In this document: one piece after another, positions 18,592-20,339 of the stretch
Layout: each line of letters starts with the position of its first letter
How positions within the stretch are numbered: position 1 is the first letter of the stretch
Assembly (NCBI GenBank): GCA_035250975.1
Contig: DATFEP010000021.1
Span: 1-20,339 of the forward strand
Origin: Nitrososphaeraceae archaeon
GTDB taxonomy: Archaea > Thermoproteota > Nitrososphaeria > Nitrososphaerales > Nitrososphaeraceae
DNA length: 20,339 bases
Direction of reading: 5' to 3'
Notes under the pieces: generated by a model
Seen by the model: the letters and a program-made list of their open reading frames with translations, nothing else
What the model was told of the DNA's origin: nothing
Databases searched by the model: none
Translations under genes and position numbers: made by a program

Positions 18592-20199
18592 ATGGCCAAG
18601 GATCCAGAGAAGACAAATTTAAAAAGTTTAGCTGTGATAAAGAAGATGGGATTTGAACCTAAAAAAATTTGTGCCAATCTATCTGTGCCAGAATTAGTAG
18701 AATTTGCAGTCATACGTAAAGAAGCTAATATGTCCTCAACAGGAGCCTTATCTGTATTTACTGGAAAATTTACTGGAAGATCCCCGGATGATCGATATAT
18801 TGTTGAAGATAATATAACTAAAAAAAATATTAATTGGGGAAAAGTGAATCATCCAATTTCAGAACAGAATTTTGATAAAATATTTGAGCGAATGAAAAAG
18901 TTTGTAAGAAACAAGGAATTATTCTTATTTAATGGATATGTAGGAGCAGATGAAGAGGCAAGGTTTCCTGTAAGTGTAATTACAGATAAAGCATGGCAAT
19001 CTCTTTTCGCTAACCAAATTTTGATAAAATCAAAGCAAAATGAATTAAAAAATTTTTCACCGAAATTGGTTCTCTTTTCTTTAAATGATTTTAAAGGGAT
19101 GCCGAAAAAAGATAAAACTGAGTCAGAAACATTCATTATTATTAACTTAAAAAAGAAGATTGTTTTAATAGGATCCACTTCGTATGCTGGAGAAATAAAA
19201 AAATCGATATTTTCTGTTATGAATTATTTCTTACCTGCAAAAGACATTTTTCCTATGCATTGCTCTGCAAATGTTGGTAAAAATGGAGACACTGCACTAT
19301 TCTTCGGATTATCAGGAACTGGCAAAACAACGTTGTCTGCTGATTCTGATAGATGTTTGATTGGAGATGACGAACATGGATGGTCCGCAGATGGAATATT
19401 CAATTTTGAGGGAGGATGTTATGCAAAATGCATAAACCTGAAAAGGGAAACAGAACCACAGATCTGGAACGCAATAAAATTTGGATCAGTTATGGAAAAT
19501 GTCATTATTTCAAATAATAAAAGGGTACCCGACTTCAGTGACAATTCATTAACGGAAAATACCCGTGTTGTATATCCTTTAGAATTCATACCACGTGCAG
19601 TAATACCTAGTGTAGGTAATCATCCAAATGTGATAATTTTTCTTACTGCTGATGCTTTTGGGGTATTGCCACCCATCGCAAAATTGACAAAAGAAGGAGC
19701 AATGTATCATTTTATGTCTGGCTATACCAGTAAATTAGCCGGTACTGAAAGAGGAATTACAAAACCCAAAGAAACCTTTTCCCAATGCTTTGGTGCACCA
19801 TTCATGCCCCTGCATGCTATGAGATACGCAGAAATGTTAGGACGAAAAATGACCGAGCACAATTCAAGAGTATATTTGATTAATACTGGATGGCATGGGG
19901 GTCCTTATGGGATAGGCAAGAGGATTGATCTTGGATATACGAGAGCAATGGTGACCAATGCCATAAGTGGAGAAATAGATAAATGTTCATTTAAATTACA
20001 TCAAATTTTCAATTTCCAGATTCCAACATCATGTCCGGGTGTACCTGACGAGCTACTTGATCCCAGTCAAACATGGAAAGATAAAAAAGATTACAATATT
20101 GCAGCTAGGAAATTAGCAAGATTATTCACACAAAACTTTGAGAAATTCGGGCGACTATCTAAAGAAATTGTTGATGCTGGTCCAAAACCAGATGTATAA
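18592..20199 (+). CDS. pckA: Phosphoenolpyruvate carboxykinase (ATP)
   Basis: TGRSP, YAGEIKKS, MHCSAN, FGLSGTGKTTLS, LIGDDEHGW and NFEGGCYAK. Confidence 0.98.
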   Translation: MAKDPEKTNLKSLAVIKKMGFEPKKICANLSVPELVEFAVIRKEANMSSTGALSVFTGKFTGRSPDDRYIVEDNITKKNINWGKVNHPISEQNFDKIFERMKKFVRNKELFLFNGYVGADEEARFPVSVITDKAWQSLFANQILIKSKQNELKNFSPKLVLFSLNDFKGMPKKDKTESETFIIINLKKKIVLIGSTSYAGEIKKSIFSVMNYFLPAKDIFPMHCSANVGKNGDTALFFGLSGTGKTTLSADSDRCLIGDDEHGWSADGIFNFEGGCYAKCINLKRETEPQIWNAIKFGSVMENVIISNNKRVPDFSDNSLTENTRVVYPLEFIPRAVIPSVGNHPNVIIFLTADAFGVLPPIAKLTKEGAMYHFMSGYTSKLAGTERGITKPKETFSQCFGAPFMPLHAMRYAEMLGRKMTEHNSRVYLINTGWHGGPYGIGKRIDLGYTRAMVTNAISGEIDKCSFKLHQIFNFQIPTSCPGVPDELLDPSQTWKDKKDYNIAARKLARLFTQNFEKFGRLSKEIVDAGPKPDV

Positions 20200-20201
20200 A
20201 A
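20198..20201 (-). terminator. Possible oligo-T terminator of the tRNA gene, overlapping the pckA stop codon
   Basis: After the discriminator base the minus strand reads CTTTTA. Confidence 0.35.
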
Positions 20202-20237
20202 GTAGCCCGGAGCAGATTCGAACTGCTGTCTCCAGGT

Positions 20238-20251
20238 TTCTTCTCAGAGAT
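20238..20251 (-). other. tRNA intron 3, 14 nt, canonical position 37/38
   Basis: CUCU(32-35)/GAAG central helix with a C34-A mismatch; bulges GG^A and AA^A; removal restores a 7-nt anticodon loop. Confidence 0.82.
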
Positions 20252-20267
20252 CCAGAGCCTGAAATCC

Positions 20268-20285
20268 CTAGCCCTACCAAGGAGT
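20268..20285 (-). other. tRNA intron 2, 18 nt, position 21/22
   Basis: GGCU/GGCU central helix (2 G-C plus 2 G-U); bulges AA^A and AG^G; removal restores the D-loop AGCGGCTAA and the GGAT D-stem strand. Confidence 0.82.
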
Positions 20286-20297
20286 TTAGCCGCTAGA

Positions 20298-20329
20298 TTC
20301 GGCATCAGCCATCTCAAGGAAAACTGATT
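20298..20329 (-). other. tRNA intron 1, 32 nt, position 10/11
   Basis: CGGU(5-8)/GCCG 4-bp central helix; CG^A bulge; 7-bp intron helix AUCAGUU/GGCUGAU; 3' junction AA^U. Confidence 0.88.
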
Positions 20330-20339
20330 CGACCGGGCT

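Larger units (their letters stand above)
20203..20339 (-). tRNA. tRNA-Gln(CUG) with three introns (10/11, 21/22, 37/38)
   Basis: Exons 20339-20330, 20297-20286, 20267-20252 and 20237-20203 splice to 73 nt: AGCCCGG TC GTCT AGCGGCTAA GGAT T TCAGG CTCTGGA CCTGG AGAC AGCAG TTCGAAT CTGCT CCGGGCT A. This is a full cloverleaf with A1-U72 (typical of archaeal tRNA-Gln), CTG anticodon and no encoded CCA. Confidence 0.93.

Noticed and set aside
530-19178. Antisense or overlapping ORFs 530-739, 2356-2634, 3473-3658, 3972-4160, 5783-5965, 11081-11269, 11309-11581, 12872-13150, 13944-14270, 14449-14658, 14998-15186, 17824-18189 and 18849-19178
   Set aside because: All are shadow frames of better-supported genes and have no motifs of their own.
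20203-20237. tRNA 3' end as an attachment site of an integrated element
   Set aside because: No duplicated tRNA end or integrase was seen in the window, and the flanking gene is core pckA.
20298-20329. Intron-encoded box C/D guide RNA (contains CUGA)
   Set aside because: No proper RUGAUGA C box, too short, and the CUGA is buried in the intron helix.
20296-20331. 6-bp direct repeat (CGAATC on the minus strand) at both ends of intron 1, read as a target-site duplication of a mobile insert
   Set aside because: Excision between the repeats leaves two extra nucleotides in the D-stem, whereas BHB-rule cleavage gives the correct cloverleaf.

Overview
AT-rich archaeal chromosomal segment. The gene set, TATA boxes about 25 nt upstream of start codons, and an A1-U72 tRNA-Gln with bulge-helix-bulge (BHB) introns point to an ammonia-oxidising archaeon (Nitrososphaeraceae, Nitrosocosmicus-like; this is inference). 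In order: the start of a Gly/Ser/poly-Asn protein running off the left edge; an egghead-like GT2 glycosyltransferase with a coupled membrane protein; small membrane/secreted proteins; DedA; a C-terminally truncated NDP-sugar dehydrogenase; rhodanese; decayed pstB and phoU pseudogenes; a GNA1-like acetyltransferase; a glutamate racemase homolog with both catalytic Cys replaced by Ser, next to a lone hydantoinase/oxoprolinase A; prs; rnz; a CMD-family protein; a C2H2 zinc-finger microprotein; a methyltransferase-like gene; and pckA. The standout is at the right edge (20203-20339, minus strand): a tRNA-Gln(CUG) gene split into four exons by three introns at positions 10/11, 21/22 and 37/38, each with a BHB/BHL-like junction. 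No mobile element or CRISPR array was seen.
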